Shown here: in pieces, positions 14,141 through 27,485 of the stretch
How positions within the stretch are numbered: position 1 is the stretch's first letter
Layout: the number at the start of each line of letters is the position of its first letter
Source of the DNA: Vicugna vicugna
Taxonomy: Eukaryota
DNA: 64,000 nucleotides
Direction: 5' to 3'
NCBI GenBank assembly: GCA_013265495.1
Contig: MU058451.1
Span: 948,584-1,012,583 of the forward strand
The notes under the pieces: generated by a model
The model's database searches: none
What the model was told of the DNA's origin: nothing
The model's input: the letters and a program-made list of their open reading frames with translations, nothing else
Translations under genes and position numbers: made by a program

Positions 14141-15231
14141 CCTCTCTAATTGACAGGACAGAACATGAAAAGATGAGCAGTTCAAATTTCATCATAGTGC
14201 ACAGCATAACCAATGAAGCCAGACAGTATGATCTGAACAGCTGTGCTAACTTATCATTTAAATAATTATCTGCACATTATCTGGACTTTAGCTTCTTTAA
14301 CAGTAAAATGAGGACACTACCATTGTGAAGATTATATAAGATAATTCACGCTGAAGTGTTTCATATAACATGTTAGTGTTGTCATGTGAAGTGAGTTGTT
14401 CAAGTCATCTCTCTGGGCTCAGGTTTCTCACTGGTAAAGATGATCATAAAGTGATCTTCCAGCTTAAAAATGCTTTCATCCTTCAGTGAAATTTAAATAC
14501 AGTTGAAGTTTGTTCTGATTGAGATGATACCATCACTGAGTCCCTGTGAAAGGGTCTTCATCTCTAGCCTTGAATGAATATCCTATCGCTATCCTCTCCG
14601 TCCCTCACTCATTCACATCTTTTGATGCTGAGGATAAATTCTACCTCCTTCATTAGTTTCTTTCTCCAAACATTTTGTAAAAGAAATCTCTAGTCCCTGC
14701 ATTCTTCTAGAACATTCTGCTGCTTCTCTTAGCATGCCATTCTTAAAATCCAACCTTTATTAGGCTTGGCTGTTCACAGAGAATGTTCCTTAGGGACAGA
14801 GAATAACCCTCTTGCACTCAGTATCCCTATCAAACCTAAGAGTGCCTTGTAATTAAGAGACGCTCAATGATTAGCTAAGGGAATGTTTAAGAGCATGACC
14901 AAAGCCGCATTTACAGGTGGCAGTAGAAAGAACTATGCTCTCTGCCTTTCCTTCAATCAGAGAACAGCGTAATAGAATTTAGTGGCAAGTCCAAGGAATA
15001 CATCTCAAAAGCAATGTGCTTCCTCTATAACCTCTCTCAATATCAAAGCTGAGTCAAGGGAGGTAATTAGATGAACAAATGTACTGAAATGGACACCTCA
15101 GGGAGAACGCTAAGTGGAAGACTGGAAAGGAAAGAGACTCCACAGAGAGAAAGTTCTTAGAATGCTCAGAACATTTAAAATGTCATCAGGGATGGAAAAG
15201 AAAAGAAACCACAGACATTGAAAATGATGTC

Positions 15232-15464
15232 TGGGATTTCCAAATTGTAGGATAGATTAAAAAGACTATACTGTATAGCACAGGGAAATATATACAAGAT
15301 CTTATTGTAGCTCACAGAGAAAAAAATGTGACAATGAATATATATATGTTCATGTATAACTGAAAAATTGTGCTCTACACTGGAATTTGACACAACATTG
15401 TAAAATGATTATAAGTCAATAAAAAATGTTAAAAAAAAAGAAAAAAAAAGAAAAAAAAAGAAAA
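15232..15464 (+). mobile_element. Young 5'-truncated L1 3' end with patterned (A9G)n tail
   Basis: Perfect 11-bp TSD AAAATGATGTC at 15221-15231 and 15465-15475, preceded by TTG; AATAAA before the tail. Confidence 0.92.
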
Positions 15465-15720
15465 AAAATGATGTCAGTGGCAGAGAAAATGAATTCTTAC
15501 ATTTGGGGAGCATGTTACAACTGGCAACATGCTTTTTTATATAAATTAGCCAAACTGAAATGAATACAAGCCTATTAATTAGCCAGGGCAGATGTGAGAC
15601 TCCGCAAAGTGAAGGAAAGGTGGAGACGTGTGCACTCTTGGGGGGCTATAATTGTGAGAATCTTGAAGAGGTTTCGGTACACATATTAACCAAAATGGTG
15701 TCATGTAAGAGATGGTTGTG

Positions 15721-15806
15721 GCGGGTGGGTACAGCCTGGTGGCAGAGCACATGCTCAGCATGCACAAGGTCCTGGGTTCAACCCTAGCACCTCCATAACA
15801 AAAGAA
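15721..15806 (+). mobile_element. tRNA-Ala-derived SINE (camelid Vic-1-like), diverged
   Basis: GGTACAGCCTGGTGGCAGAGCACATGCTCAGCATGCACAAGGTCCTGGGTTCAACCC plus A-tail; TSD AAGAGATGGTTGTG (15707-15720) / AAAAGACGGTTGTG (15807-15820). Confidence 0.85.
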
Positions 15807-15929
15807 AAAAGACGGTTGTGATGTAATTTGCGAAACAGGTACTTCCTGAACATGGAGTGGTCGTGGTGAATCTTTTCCTTGGCCCTTAATCTTAGTGAAT
15901 AAAACACTGTAATTCTTAAGTTTATTTTC

Positions 15930-16750
15930 TGAGTAATTTATATCCTACCTTTCCCCCAAAAAGGTTTAAGATACCCACCAAATATATACACAATAACTGT
16001 ACAGCAACCCTTTAAAACAATGAATGAGTACCTCAGGAGAAAAACTGAGATGGGGAATGTGAATAAAATAAAGCCAGGTGGGGAGAGTGGTCAGCACCTG
16101 CCCAGAGGTCGGCAGTCAACACAGGCAGAGGCAGGACAGTCAATGGCTCACACGGTACATGAGGTCGGACAAACCCATCTCTCTATAGAAACGTGAGTGT
16201 GCCTCGTGCAGAGACGGGACTGAAATGCCTTACGGGACTGCTCACCGGGAGGGTGTTGTGTGACCCCAGGAACCCACCCTCGTGGTAAATAAAACAGCAT
16301 GTTTTACAAGACTCTTACTTCTGAGGCCGATTACAGCGGATTCCTCACAATGGACTCTGCGCTTCCAAGCACAGAGCGCTGACGTTGGGCATTTTGCTTA
16401 TTTTAAGGGTAAAACTGAAGCTATCTGGAAGAACGAGGCCATTCTTTACCCTCTGGCAGCCGACAGAAGCAAGCTGCTACCTGAGCCTTAGACAGCGACG
16501 AGGCAGGAGGTTATACTATGAGCTACGTGGAGTGGAGCGGTTCTTGGCTGCTGTGTTGAGAGAGACTCATAAGCTTTGTTACCAAGTTAAGCTGTGCTGA
16601 GAAGGGAAATGACATTCTCTTATGGAAATTCAGAGACCTACCCAGGGAAGATTCCCAGGCAGAAGGCCACAGCCTTCAGGGAAGGCCTGTGATGCTCCTC
16701 AGAAAGCTGCTCGGGAGCCACACAGACCCACAAGGTAATGGGCCGACAAG
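15930..16750. mobile_element. Probable ancient mammalian repeat (MamRep605-like), locally CpG-rich
   Basis: ATTTATATCCTACCTTTCCCCCAAAAAGGTTTAAGAT resembles a recalled consensus end; extent uncertain. Confidence 0.3.
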
Positions 16751-16811
16751 CCTCCACGGTGGCATGCCACAGAGGGTGAGCACGGCCTTGTGCTGGGAGA
16801 CTTTTACAGTG

Positions 16812-17240
16812 GAACATGGATGCTCCCGGAGAACGTCATTCTAAGTGAAGTAAGCCAGAAAGAGAAAGAAAAATACCATATGAGATCGCTCATATGTAGA
16901 ATCTAAAAAATGAAAACAAAAAACAAACAAACAAAAACAAAGCATAAATACAGGACAGAAATAGACTCATAGACAGAGAATACAGACTTGTGGTTGCCAG
17001 GGGGGTGGAGGGTGGGAAGGGATAGACTGAGATTTCAAAATTGTAGAATAGATAAACAAGATTACACTGTATAGCACAGGGAAATATACACAAGATGTTA
17101 TGGTACACAGAGAAAGTGACAATGAGTGTGTATATGTCCATGTATGACTGAAAAATTGTGCTGAACACTGGAATTTGACACAACATTGTAAAATGATTAT
17201 AAATCAATAAAAAATGTTAAAAAAAAAAAAAAAAAATAAA
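16812..17240 (+). mobile_element. Young 5'-truncated L1 3' end, same subfamily as 15232-15464
   Basis: AACATGGATG...CTAAGTGAAGTAAGCCAGAAAGAGAAAG...CTGGAATTTGACACAACATTGTAAAATGATTATAAATCAATAAAAAATGTT plus pure A-tail; TSD weak. Confidence 0.92.
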
Positions 17241-17349
17241 GTGGGAGCTATCTACCTTGGCAACGAATAAACTCATCAAGACCTTGAATAAAATACATTA
17301 CATTATATAAGATTCTCAGGGACTGTTATCTCAAAGGATAAGAGAAGAC

Positions 17350-17652
17350 TTCAGAAAGAGACCCACAGACATAGCAAACAAACTATGGTTATCAAAGCGG
17401 AAAGTGGGGAAGGAATAAATTAGGACTTTGAGATTAAGAGACACACACTACTATATATAAAAGAGATAAATAACAAGGACCTACTGTACAGCACAGGGAA
17501 CCATATTCAATTTCTTGTAAAAAGCGATAATGGAAAAGAATCTGAAAATATATGTGTGTATATATATGCATGTATTTGTATAGCTGAATCATTTTGCTAT
17601 ACATCTGGAACTAAAATGGTCAATCAACTATACTTCAAAAAATTATTTTAAA
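17350..17652 (+). mobile_element. 5'-truncated L1 3' end (older subfamily)
   Basis: 17-bp TSD AAAGGATAAGAGAAGAC (17333-17349) / AAAGGCTAAGAGAAGAC (17653-17669); CAAGGACCTACTGTACAGCACAGGGAAC. Confidence 0.9.
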
Positions 17653-19999
17653 AAAGGCTAAGAGAAGACAAAGAAACATTGATAACTTTACGTTATCAAC
17701 CATAGAATCCTCTCATAAAAACTTGGGTAAAATAAGCCAAGGCAAGTGAACTTGCTGACTAGTCTTACAGGATTAACCAGAAGTCAGAGACCAGTAAGTA
17801 TTAATTAAATTAATTTCAAAGAATTTTTTTGATTTCTCTATCTGTATTCTATAACCGCTGTTTCCCTTTCACAAATCACTAATTGAGGTCTCCCAGGTAA
17901 ATTAAGTCCTCAGTCAAAATTGTAACTAACTTACAGAGACCTTTGTCACCCCTGGAGTCTGGCATTCATCCACTCTGCAACACTCTATGGACAACCTCAT
18001 AGAAATGTCTACCATCCTTCTCACATGTTTCAACCTCCGGCTCAAATCCCCCACAGACACTTCATGTGGAGGAAACAGGTGAGACACGTTTTGAGGGCTT
18101 TATCCCGGGAAAAAAACCCCACAAAGCACAATGCACCACAGTCATCATCTTCAGGAGGGAAGAACACATCAGCCTCCTGAGGCCACGGACCCTGCCTCTC
18201 TTGTCACCTCTATGTCCCCAGCACAAGGCACGATGCTGGGCACACAGCACGCATTTACACATTTCTGTTGAATGCATAATTGAAGAAACAAATATTTGAA
18301 GGCCTAGCATCCTTCAGTCACTTTGCAAGCCACCACATAATTTCATTCTCACATTCATCCTGTACAGAAGAGTGGTTTTATCCTCATTTTATTGAAAGCT
18401 GATACACTAAAGAGCTAAGTGACGTGCCCAGAGTAAATTACAAAGCCAGGATTCCAAGCCAGGTTAGCCCAATGCCAAATCCCTAGCCACCACTCCAATT
18501 TCTCTCGGTTATATTCCAAGGAAGTGTGATGCCCAAGAGAAGTTCACAGATGTGCCCCATGGGGATGGGGGCGGATGGAGAGTGGTACCCAGGCAGGTGT
18601 GACTGGAAAGCATTGGACACTATTCAACTTTAGTGACTACTACTGGATCAAAGGACCAGAAAAGACTTAACATAAAAGAATCCTGATAACTTTACACCAA
18701 AAACTTGTGTCCCTAACTGATCCTCCCTTGGAACTCATTAAAGGACATCCATCTCCATCTTCAAGAGATAGCAGTGCTGCCCAGGGCACTGTGGGAGAAC
18801 CCATGATGTCAAGTCATGACATCACGCACGGCTGCTACTCCAACTTGCCCTCAGGAGATGCCACTGATGGCAGGCTGGCTGTGCAGCTTCGGCAAAATCC
18901 AATCTTTCTGGATTCCTTACTCATAATCTGTAAAGTGAAAGTCCTAGGCAAAAGAATCTATAAGGTCACGTCTAACTCTAAAATTCAAAACTTCCCTATT
19001 GTTCTACTGCCTCATGCTAACGTTACTCAAGTGGATTTGTGCATAGAAGAGAGTCGTCAGTTTTCAAATCTGCTCTGTTCGATATATTTTTAAGTCAGTT
19101 GCTTGAAACTCAGATGCTCTGTTCTCACAGAAACAATGGTAGATGTGATTTCCAATCCATGATTGCCAATCAATAATCTAGGTGAAAAATGCATGTGTAC
19201 AATGTAAAATATTAGAAACATATACTTAAATAGCAGCAGTATCATGAAGATGAAAACCAGCAAAATTTGTCTTAAACAATGGCACTGAAGAAAATGCAAT
19301 TTTAATTTTATAAAGAGGGACTGAGTGAAGTTTCTGAAGAGGTCACAGAAATATTTTCAAAAGTGCTAGAAGGTGATTGTCCTGGATTAAGATGCTTTCC
19401 CTCTACAATGCATGACCTCCCTTGTCCTTGATACAGGAATACCATTATCCTCTGCTTAGTGCTGCTCAGCCATGAGCTGTGAGTGGAGAAATAAAGGAAA
19501 AAAGAAAAAAAGTTGGCAAGGTGGAGAATGAGGTCCTCGCGGGGGAAGGAGAGGGGAAGGATGAAGAGGTGTTGTGAAAGTTGTTTCCTAAGCAAGTCCA
19601 AGGCAGATAATTATTAAATAGGATAAACAGGAAGCAGGGACAGAGCAGATTCAGGAAAGTGGAAGATAAGAGATTTGTGGGATCATCCAGGAGACCCACA
19701 AACTGATCTTTTAACTCAGGAAATACAGTACAAGATCACCTTCAATATACTACATACCACTTGCCTGTGAATGCAGACCTACGTTACTTTACCAGCAAAA
19801 TAGAGCTCAAACAGTTAACACATTTAACTGAATGCCTCCTGATTACATGCCCTCCTGAGTGATTACGCTAATATATGCTATGAATGATTAAAGAAAATGC
19901 TATTACCATATAGCTACTATCTTTTGCGACTCTTTGCTTACATTTTCATTTTTCTGCTTGTTTGAAACTTCAGACTCAGTGGTTTCAAGAAGCAGCATG

Positions 20000-20205
20000 C
20001 TTTCCTAATTAAGAACTCAAGTCTGAAGCCAAGCTTCCAGAGGTTAAACCCAGTGTGGTCACTGATCCCTCCTTAGCTTCCCTGTCTATAAGATGCGGCA
20101 AATGACGTCGCCACCTGTCTCCTGGATCTAGGTGGGAATGAATTAAGTTTGTGCATGAGTAGAGTTTAGAACAGTGCTCGGCACATAGTAAGTCCTCAAA
20201 ATATA
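20000..20205 (+). mobile_element. MIR
   Basis: TTAAGAACTCAAGTCTGAAGCCA ... TTTAGAACAGTGCTCGGCACATAGTAAGTCCTCAA. Confidence 0.65.
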
Positions 20206-21242
20206 TTCACCATTAATATATTCGTATATGAAATATAAAAACAAGAGAACTACATATTGAATTTTTATCTGTATATTACTAAGTACAAAATGTAGGGTAC
20301 AGAATAGTATGTATAATATGCTAAGATCACTAAGGAAAAAGAGAAATAATTAAAAGTATAGCTCTTTGAATGTGGAAAAATAAAAGTGCTCAGGGCAGGG
20401 GCCACATCATGTTTATAGGAGCAAAGTGCGTCCCCAGAAGGAGACATCAGAAACTCTGTGGAGAAGAACCAAGGGGCTGGTGCAGAAGCTGAAGGCGGTT
20501 TTGCTCTTCTATGTAAACCCTTGTGGACCTTTATTGTTTTGTTCCATCCTCATTTGTTAGCCTTCAGTAAATTAAAAAAAATTATTAAACTTAATTTTTC
20601 TTTGGCTATGAAGTTAGGAACAAAATTGGTAGCCATTAGTCCTCAATGCTACCTTTATTTAGAACTTAATCCAAAATTCATCCATGAAACCACCCAACCC
20701 CAATTAAATAAGGTGGAGGAATGGCAAATACAACTTTCTATGTCCTTTTCTCAATCATCTCCAATTAAAAAAACTGAATCAGTAAATGCTGATGTCCTTC
20801 AACTTAGACAAGGCAACTTATCACATTGATTTGTGTTGGTTCCATAGGACACTTAGCACTTCACAGAGACAATGACTCAGTTAGCTACAAAAGAAGATAA
20901 AATAATGAACGCTTGGGAGGTTAGTAAACTAATTAATTAGCTCAATAATATACATTTTCTTATTTATACACAAATCATGTGTTATATTAATATGAGAAAA
21001 AGTTACATATTGGAATCCAAGTGTACTAAATTTGACTCTTAAAGGTATCCTGATTTCAGGCCAACTGAAAATATTAGAGTACTGAGGCACAAAACAGGTA
21101 AATGCTAAAACACTGAATTTTTCACTTGTTGGAAACAAGCCCAAAATTCAAAGGTAAGGCAATTCATTTTTACTACATTCCTGGCAATATAAACAAAGAG
21201 TGGATTTTATTCCCAGGAATTTTATAATCTCATTAAGGAGCA

Positions 21243-21305
21243 AGAAAAGAAAAGAAAAGAAGAAAAGAAGAGAACAGAAAAGAAAACAACAGAACAGAAC
21301 AGAAC
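21243..21305 (+). repeat. Pentanucleotide repeat (AGAAA)n grading into (AGAAC)n
   Basis: Seen directly. Confidence 0.85.
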
Positions 21306-22672
21306 ACCTTTAGACAATCAAACACAACAACCCCAGACAAAGATCTGTTTTGTTTTCTCACATCTTAATAGCCTGGCTATTTTAGATACAAATATTTGTG
21401 TTGCTGGCAAATGTCTCCAAACTGCTAGTTAAATTGTTTTGCTGAAATAGCTTCTTTCTGAGCTGAACAAACTGTAAACTACTCCGAAGTCCACAAGGCA
21501 TCAATGAACAGGAGCAAGTATGGCCCGCCTCAAGATCTGCAAAACGGCCCACTCGGCCAAACAAGAGTCAAGATGGAAGCTTTTGCAAAACCCAGGGAAT
21601 TCTGTCTACAGAGCCCAGATGTGGGCACGCTAGGTAGTATAGATGTGGCCCAAATTTCTTGCCTTCATAGGGAAGACGGCTGGCAGTCTAGTTTTTCATC
21701 CTGTCACACTGAATTCCTCTGAGAGCTCAGAGCTCTCCTACCACTTTGCACAAGAATGTTCCCCTGTTTTTCATGCTCTTTGCTCCACTTTCGGGTGCCT
21801 TGGCAAGGATCAAAGAAGCAGAGGGAACAAATGGTTTCCCATGCATATTGAATTCCCTCTTATACTGATTTTTCCTCTGTCACTTGAAATTCAATATTGG
21901 CAAGATCCCTGTACATCACCTTAACCAGTAAATTGTCTGCGTGCAGTCAGGGCATGAAAAGGTAGATTTCAAGATTTTGTAAGAAATTCAAATGAACAAA
22001 TCCTTTGAAAAAGTAACTTTTCTATGGCATCCATACTGAAATTCGTTCCTAATAAATAAATAATCAGCATTAACCTAAAATGTTTACTTATCATTTACTT
22101 GTATCTCTCTCTGATTGCTCTGTATTATTTTCAAAATATAATGTTACAGGTGAATACTCCTTTCAGAAGAATTCCACATCCTCAAAATTCTTTATTAACT
22201 TAATAATACCTAACATTTATTGAGCATTCAAGAGCCATGTGCCTCATTTTCCTCATCTGTAAAATGAGACAATAGTACCTACTTCATGGCTATGCTTGTG
22301 AGACTGCAAGTAATGTAATGTAAAGCTCTAAACACAGTAATTGTATTTTTCCTTATAATATGATCACTGTCATATTTATTGAGATGTTCTAAAACATTAT
22401 GGACTAGAAAAATGTTCTCAAGCCAAATTATTTAAATACAGCAGAGTGACTGGATTACAAATGAGTATTCATATTTTGATTATACACAGATGGGTCGTAC
22501 AATAAAGAAAAATATTTTTGAAAGGATGGCTTAAGTGTTCTTCTAAGAAAAGTCAATTTAAAAAATTCTTCTCATGAATTACTCTCAAGTGGTTAAATTA
22601 TTTTTATGACTTTTTTGAAAAAATGTATTCAGTTATGTTGGTAACAACATGCCTTAAGATTTCAGAGTCCAG

Positions 22673-22838
22673 ATAAACAGGTTTCTCCTGTATTGCACAG
22701 AAAACTATATTCAACATCTTGCAGTAACTTATAATGAAAAAAAGTGCAAAGAAATACATGTATTTACATGTATGACTGAAACATTATGCTGTACATGAGA
22801 AATTGACACATCGTTAACTGACTATACTTCAATAAAAA
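22673..22838 (+). mobile_element. Short L1 3' end
   Basis: GCACAGAAAACTATATTCAACATCTTG...ACTATACTTCAATAAAAAAA; degenerate TSD 22656-22672 / 22839-22855 (14/17), preceded by TT. Confidence 0.88.
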
Positions 22839-23374
22839 AAGATTTTAGAATTCAGTATAAGGAAATTATATACTCTTTACACTTTAGTGGCTGAGAGATA
22901 ATAATATCAGAGTTTAGATATTAGCACAAAAGGAAAACATCCTGAAATGTCTTTTTCTTTTTTTCTTACCTCTATTTTTAAACATAGAAGAAAACCATTA
23001 TCTTTGCAAAATTTTTTAAAAAAATAAGAAGAAATTTTTCTTTTAAAATGTTAAATAGGAATTGAAAATGAAATCTGTCATTCAAAATTAAAGTAATATT
23101 GGATTTAATATTATCTTACAGTCTTAGATTTGAATAGAGTTGACTCTGACCAAAATTTTCTTATATAGATAGTGGAATCTGAAGGTACCATGTAATATCC
23201 TTCTCTCAGAAACTAAACACATTCTCTAACAATAGAAAGCCATTTAATTTGGGAGATATGAGCAACTGGACTTCTGTAACAAATGACACATACAGCACAC
23301 TATCAAACTTCTAAGATTTTTATCCAATAAAATGTTTATAAATGTACACCTCTTTCAAAGGGAATGTTTAAATG

Positions 23375-23826
23375 ATAGTGAGAATAAAAAAATTTTTGAA
23401 TTAAATGAAATGAAAAAATACCCAAATTTTGTGGGATGCAACAAAAGCAGTGCTTAGAGGGAACTTTGAATGTGTATATGAGAAAAGGAAGAAAAATTTA
23501 AAATCAAGAATCTAAACTTCAAGCCTTAGAAAACTAGAAAAAGAGGGGCAAATGAAATCAAAAGTAAGCGAAGAAATACCAAGAATCAGAGAAGTTAATG
23601 AAAACAGGGAAACAACAGAGCAAAATCAATGAAACTAAACGTCGGCTCTTTGAAAAGGTCAATAAAATTAATAAACCTCTAGCCAAGTTAACCAGGACAA
23701 AAAGAGAGAAGATATTAATTACTAATATCAGAAATGAAAGAGGGGTCATTACTAGCGATATCATGAACATTAAAAGGATAATAAAAGAATTTTATGAACA
23801 ACTCTATGCCCACAAATTTTCTAGAT
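23375..23826 (+). mobile_element. Old L1 ORF2 fragment (region between endonuclease and RT domains)
   Basis: ORF 23598..23831 KINETKRRLFEKVNKINKPLAKL...IIKEFYEQLYAHKF is recognisable L1 ORF2; TGTGGGATGCAACAAAAGCAGTGCTTAGAGGG. Confidence 0.92.
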
Positions 23827-24160
23827 CATAACATAAGAGAAAATCTTATTTACAAAAAAGCAGACTCAAAGACATAGAAAACAAACTTATGGTAACCAGG
23901 CAAGAAAGGGGGTGGGAAGGGATAAATTTGGAGTTTGAGATTTGCAGATACTAACTACTATATATAAAATAGATAAACAACAAGTTTCTACAGTAGAGCA
24001 CAGGGAACTATATTCAATATCTTGTAGTAACCTAAAACAAAAAAGAATATGAAAACGAATATATGTATGTACATGTAAGACTGAGTTATTATGCTGTACA
24101 CCAGAAGCTGACACAACCTTGTAAACTGACTATTCATCAATTTAAAAACAAAAAAGAAAA
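23827..24160 (+). mobile_element. Younger L1 3' end nested in the old L1
   Basis: GACTCAAAGACATAGAAAACAAACTTATGGT...GAGTTTGAGATTTGCAGATACTAACTACTATATATAAAATAGATAAACAACAAG plus A-tail. Confidence 0.9.
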
Positions 24161-24812
24161 TTTTTAGTTTGACAATGAATCTTCAGATACAAAATAAAAT
24201 GCATGTTCCATGAAAGGAAAAAATTTTGTAAGATGGAGTTCATTAAAATCAGTAACTTCTGCTCTGTGAAAGATACTGTTCAAAGAATGAAAAGACAAGA
24301 CACAGAATGGGAAGAAGTATTTGCAAAAAAAAAAAATCTGATAAAGGACTTGTATCTGAAACATACAAAGAACTTTTAAAACTCAACAATAAGAAAACAA
24401 ACAACCTAATATAAAAGTGGGCAAAAGATCTGAACAGACATCTCACCAAAGAAGATATACAGATGGCAAATAACTATATGAAAAGATACTCAAAGTCATA
24501 TTTCATTAGGAAAATAAAAGTGAAACAACTAGATACCACTACACCTAGTAATGCTGGACAAGCACGTGGAGCAGTGGACACTCTCGTTATTGCTGGTAGA
24601 AATGCAAAATGATACAGCCACTTTGGAAGACATTTTGGCAGCTTCTTATAAAACTAAACATACTCTTACCATATAATACAGCCATCACACTCTTCAGTAT
24701 TTACCCAAATGAGTTGAAAATTTATGTCTATATGAAAACCTATGCAAATGTTTATAGTAGCTTTATTTACAACTGCCAAAACTGGAAACAACCAAGATGT
24801 CCTTCAATTGGG
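24161..24812 (+). mobile_element. Old L1 ORF2 C-terminal part
   Basis: AACTTCTGCTCTGTGAAAGATACTG, TGGGCAAAAGATCTGAACAGACATCTCACCAAAGAAGATATACAGATGGCAAATAA; ORF 24609 IQPLWKTFWQLLIKL. Confidence 0.92.
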
Positions 24813-27229
24813 CATGCGGAGGCTGGCATTGCTAGTTTAAGAGTAGGCATAATTTTCTTGAACCTAAGGAGTAAATTAAAATGTGGCTGAATGATTGGCT
24901 AAATCTCACTATGTTTCTCAAAGTAGATGGATTCTTATATATCTCCAGATGATGTAAATTTTATTTTGTTAAGATGTTCAATGCATTAGTAATAAATCCA
25001 TTTTTTAAATGAACGCAAAGGCACTGTTTTTAGTTTTTAAAATTTGAGATTAAGTTTTCACATTCAAGTTACGTTATTTTTAATGTATTACACATGTCTA
25101 ATGAAGGGAGGATACGGCTTTCAATGTTTATTTATAAATATACTAAAATAATTTTCACCTTAAGATTCATGAGGAGGTACATATTTATAAGTAATACTGC
25201 ATACTACTGTGGACTTGAAAGATTACTACTGTTCCTATAATTTTTTAAATGTACAATTAAAAACAAATGAATCCTTACATGTTTGCTCTGAACAAACCTT
25301 ACCAAGGTTATCTTTGTCTGTTCATTGTGATGTAACAATTCTATAAACAATAAAGAACAGATGTCATAAGGGATGGGAGAATTCATGTACTGTGGATTCA
25401 TCTGTATGGCAGAATTTCATGAAACTGAGAGCAGAAATCTGGTCATACCTAAGATCACATAATGACTAGAATTTAACTTCCCAGTCCTAGAAAATACCAA
25501 CTTTAAATGCAATAGACTGCTAAAATAAAAATTTAAAAAAAAACCTGAAATAATTTCAACAAAAATTGACATTATTTCAAATATTGTTTACTTCAAACTC
25601 AAACAAAAACATTAAGTTAAATGTAATAAACCATTCCTCCTAACTCTTTAAATGATTTTCATGTACTTTGTCATCAAAACTCCCTTTTCATCAAGAAGGA
25701 TAAATCTATAATTTTATATGTGACTAGTAATAAAGGAAAGTCAATACCAAAAAACTTAGGCTGAACCCCCAATCTTACCACAAATTAAAAAAAAAAAAAG
25801 AAAGAAAAACCCAGATTAAATCTTCCTTGAAGTTTTAAAATAATCCACATTTCTTTTTTAATGTGTAAACTCGCTGACCTTTCCACTTCTAAGTACATAA
25901 CATAAGAAAGGCTGATCCACACACATGTATTTTAGTGGGAAGTAGTGAACATAAAAAAAATCTGAAAATATTATTTTCTCCCCAGTTCAATTCATTCTTA
26001 TTCTGTAGCCATAAAGATACTGAAATTGAAATAAGTACCTAAAACATTAAGCATTTATTCAAATAAAATCTGAAATAGATTATTCAGTCTTAAAATAAAT
26101 TTATGCACCTTTCAAAAATGATATATAAATTTTGAAAAGTACCTATTTGAATATAATTTCGCATCATTCCCCACATGGTGTGGCTTCGCGCCCAATCATC
26201 CCCACTCTTTCACATGGCATCCCTTTTATAAATAAAGTTCACTTAGAACAATGTCAAGTTTCAGAGATCAACTTTTATGACATGTCCTAATTCTAAAAAG
26301 CTCTCATCAACCTTAGTTTAAGAAACATGGTTAAGTCTTCACCAGTTTGTTTTATACTGTGCTCTTCACAACCAAAACGTGATGAACTAAGTAAAACTGT
26401 CCTGCTGTCTCCTTTTCTCAGGCTCTTACTCCACAGACTCTAAAGCGCTCCTAGTTCCCATTCACATTGCTTTCCTCATTTCTAAATGCATTTTGGTCTC
26501 AAGAAGCCTGCATGACCCAGAAGGTTCATGTAAAAAACACAAGATATTCCTAAATTTGAACAAGCCATTACTTTCCCTCTTTGATGCTTATATGAAGTTT
26601 ATGTGAGTGGAGAGGAAAATTCTACATAACTTCTACACTACATTCCATACTTTCTGTAACAAAGTTTATTTAAATGTGGAATGGAACATAGATGTGGAAT
26701 ATAATCAAAAGACAGAAGAGGTACGTATACGAGGTTCTATGAATACTGTTTTTATACCTGTGAACTGAGTGAAAAATATATCAGTCTATTTTTTTTTAAA
26801 TAAAGGTAAATGGAATAATGATGATCAAAGATCAGCATGTCCAGAATTGAGATGTGCAACAGAAATGCAGAGTATTTGCAGTTAGCTGGAAGGCAAGATT
26901 AAGAATGATTCGACTTCCTGCTCTAGAATAAAACAGCATTGCATGCACTTAAGAGAAAAGGTAAAACAACTAAACACTTAAGAATCCTACGGAGGGTCAC
27001 CTGCTAAGATTTACAAGATAAACCTATAGTCAAAATTTAAATAAGCATCCATTACATAAAAACTTTCCCCCTCCATGACTTGGGGTACTGACACTCTATG
27101 ATCAAGTCATAGAACTGAGTCTTTCACTGTAAGACCATTTTAACCTGACTGAGTGGGCTTTGGCTCTAGGAATAAAAGACAAAGGGAAAAAACTCGCTGC
27201 TTCTTTAAGGATAATAGCTCACCTGAGAA

Positions 27230-27485
27230 TCCATGAAAAGAGAGATTACGTTTTAAAAAGTTAAGATAAGGATGCAAGGATTACCAGAGAAAACATGAGA
27301 AACATAGGTAGACACCAATTTAGGAAATTAAGCATACAATAGTAAGAGTTCCAGAAAAAATTAATGGAGGGGGAGAAGTATTAAAGACACAGTAGAAAAA
27401 CTTTCAGAGACTTTCATTTGAAAAGGCCCATCAAGTGCTGTGCAGAAGTTAAAAATGCTCACACTCAGATATACTATTATAAAGG
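27230..27485 (+). mobile_element. Ancient L1/HAL1 ORF1-like fragment
   Basis: AAGAGTTCCAGAAAAA...GAAAAACTTTCAGAG...TTGAAAAGGCCCATCAAGTGC. Confidence 0.5.

Noticed and set aside
18707..19093. 128-aa ORF
   Set aside because: GTG start, runs through MIR-like sequence (CTCATAATCTGTAAAGTG), no homology recognised.
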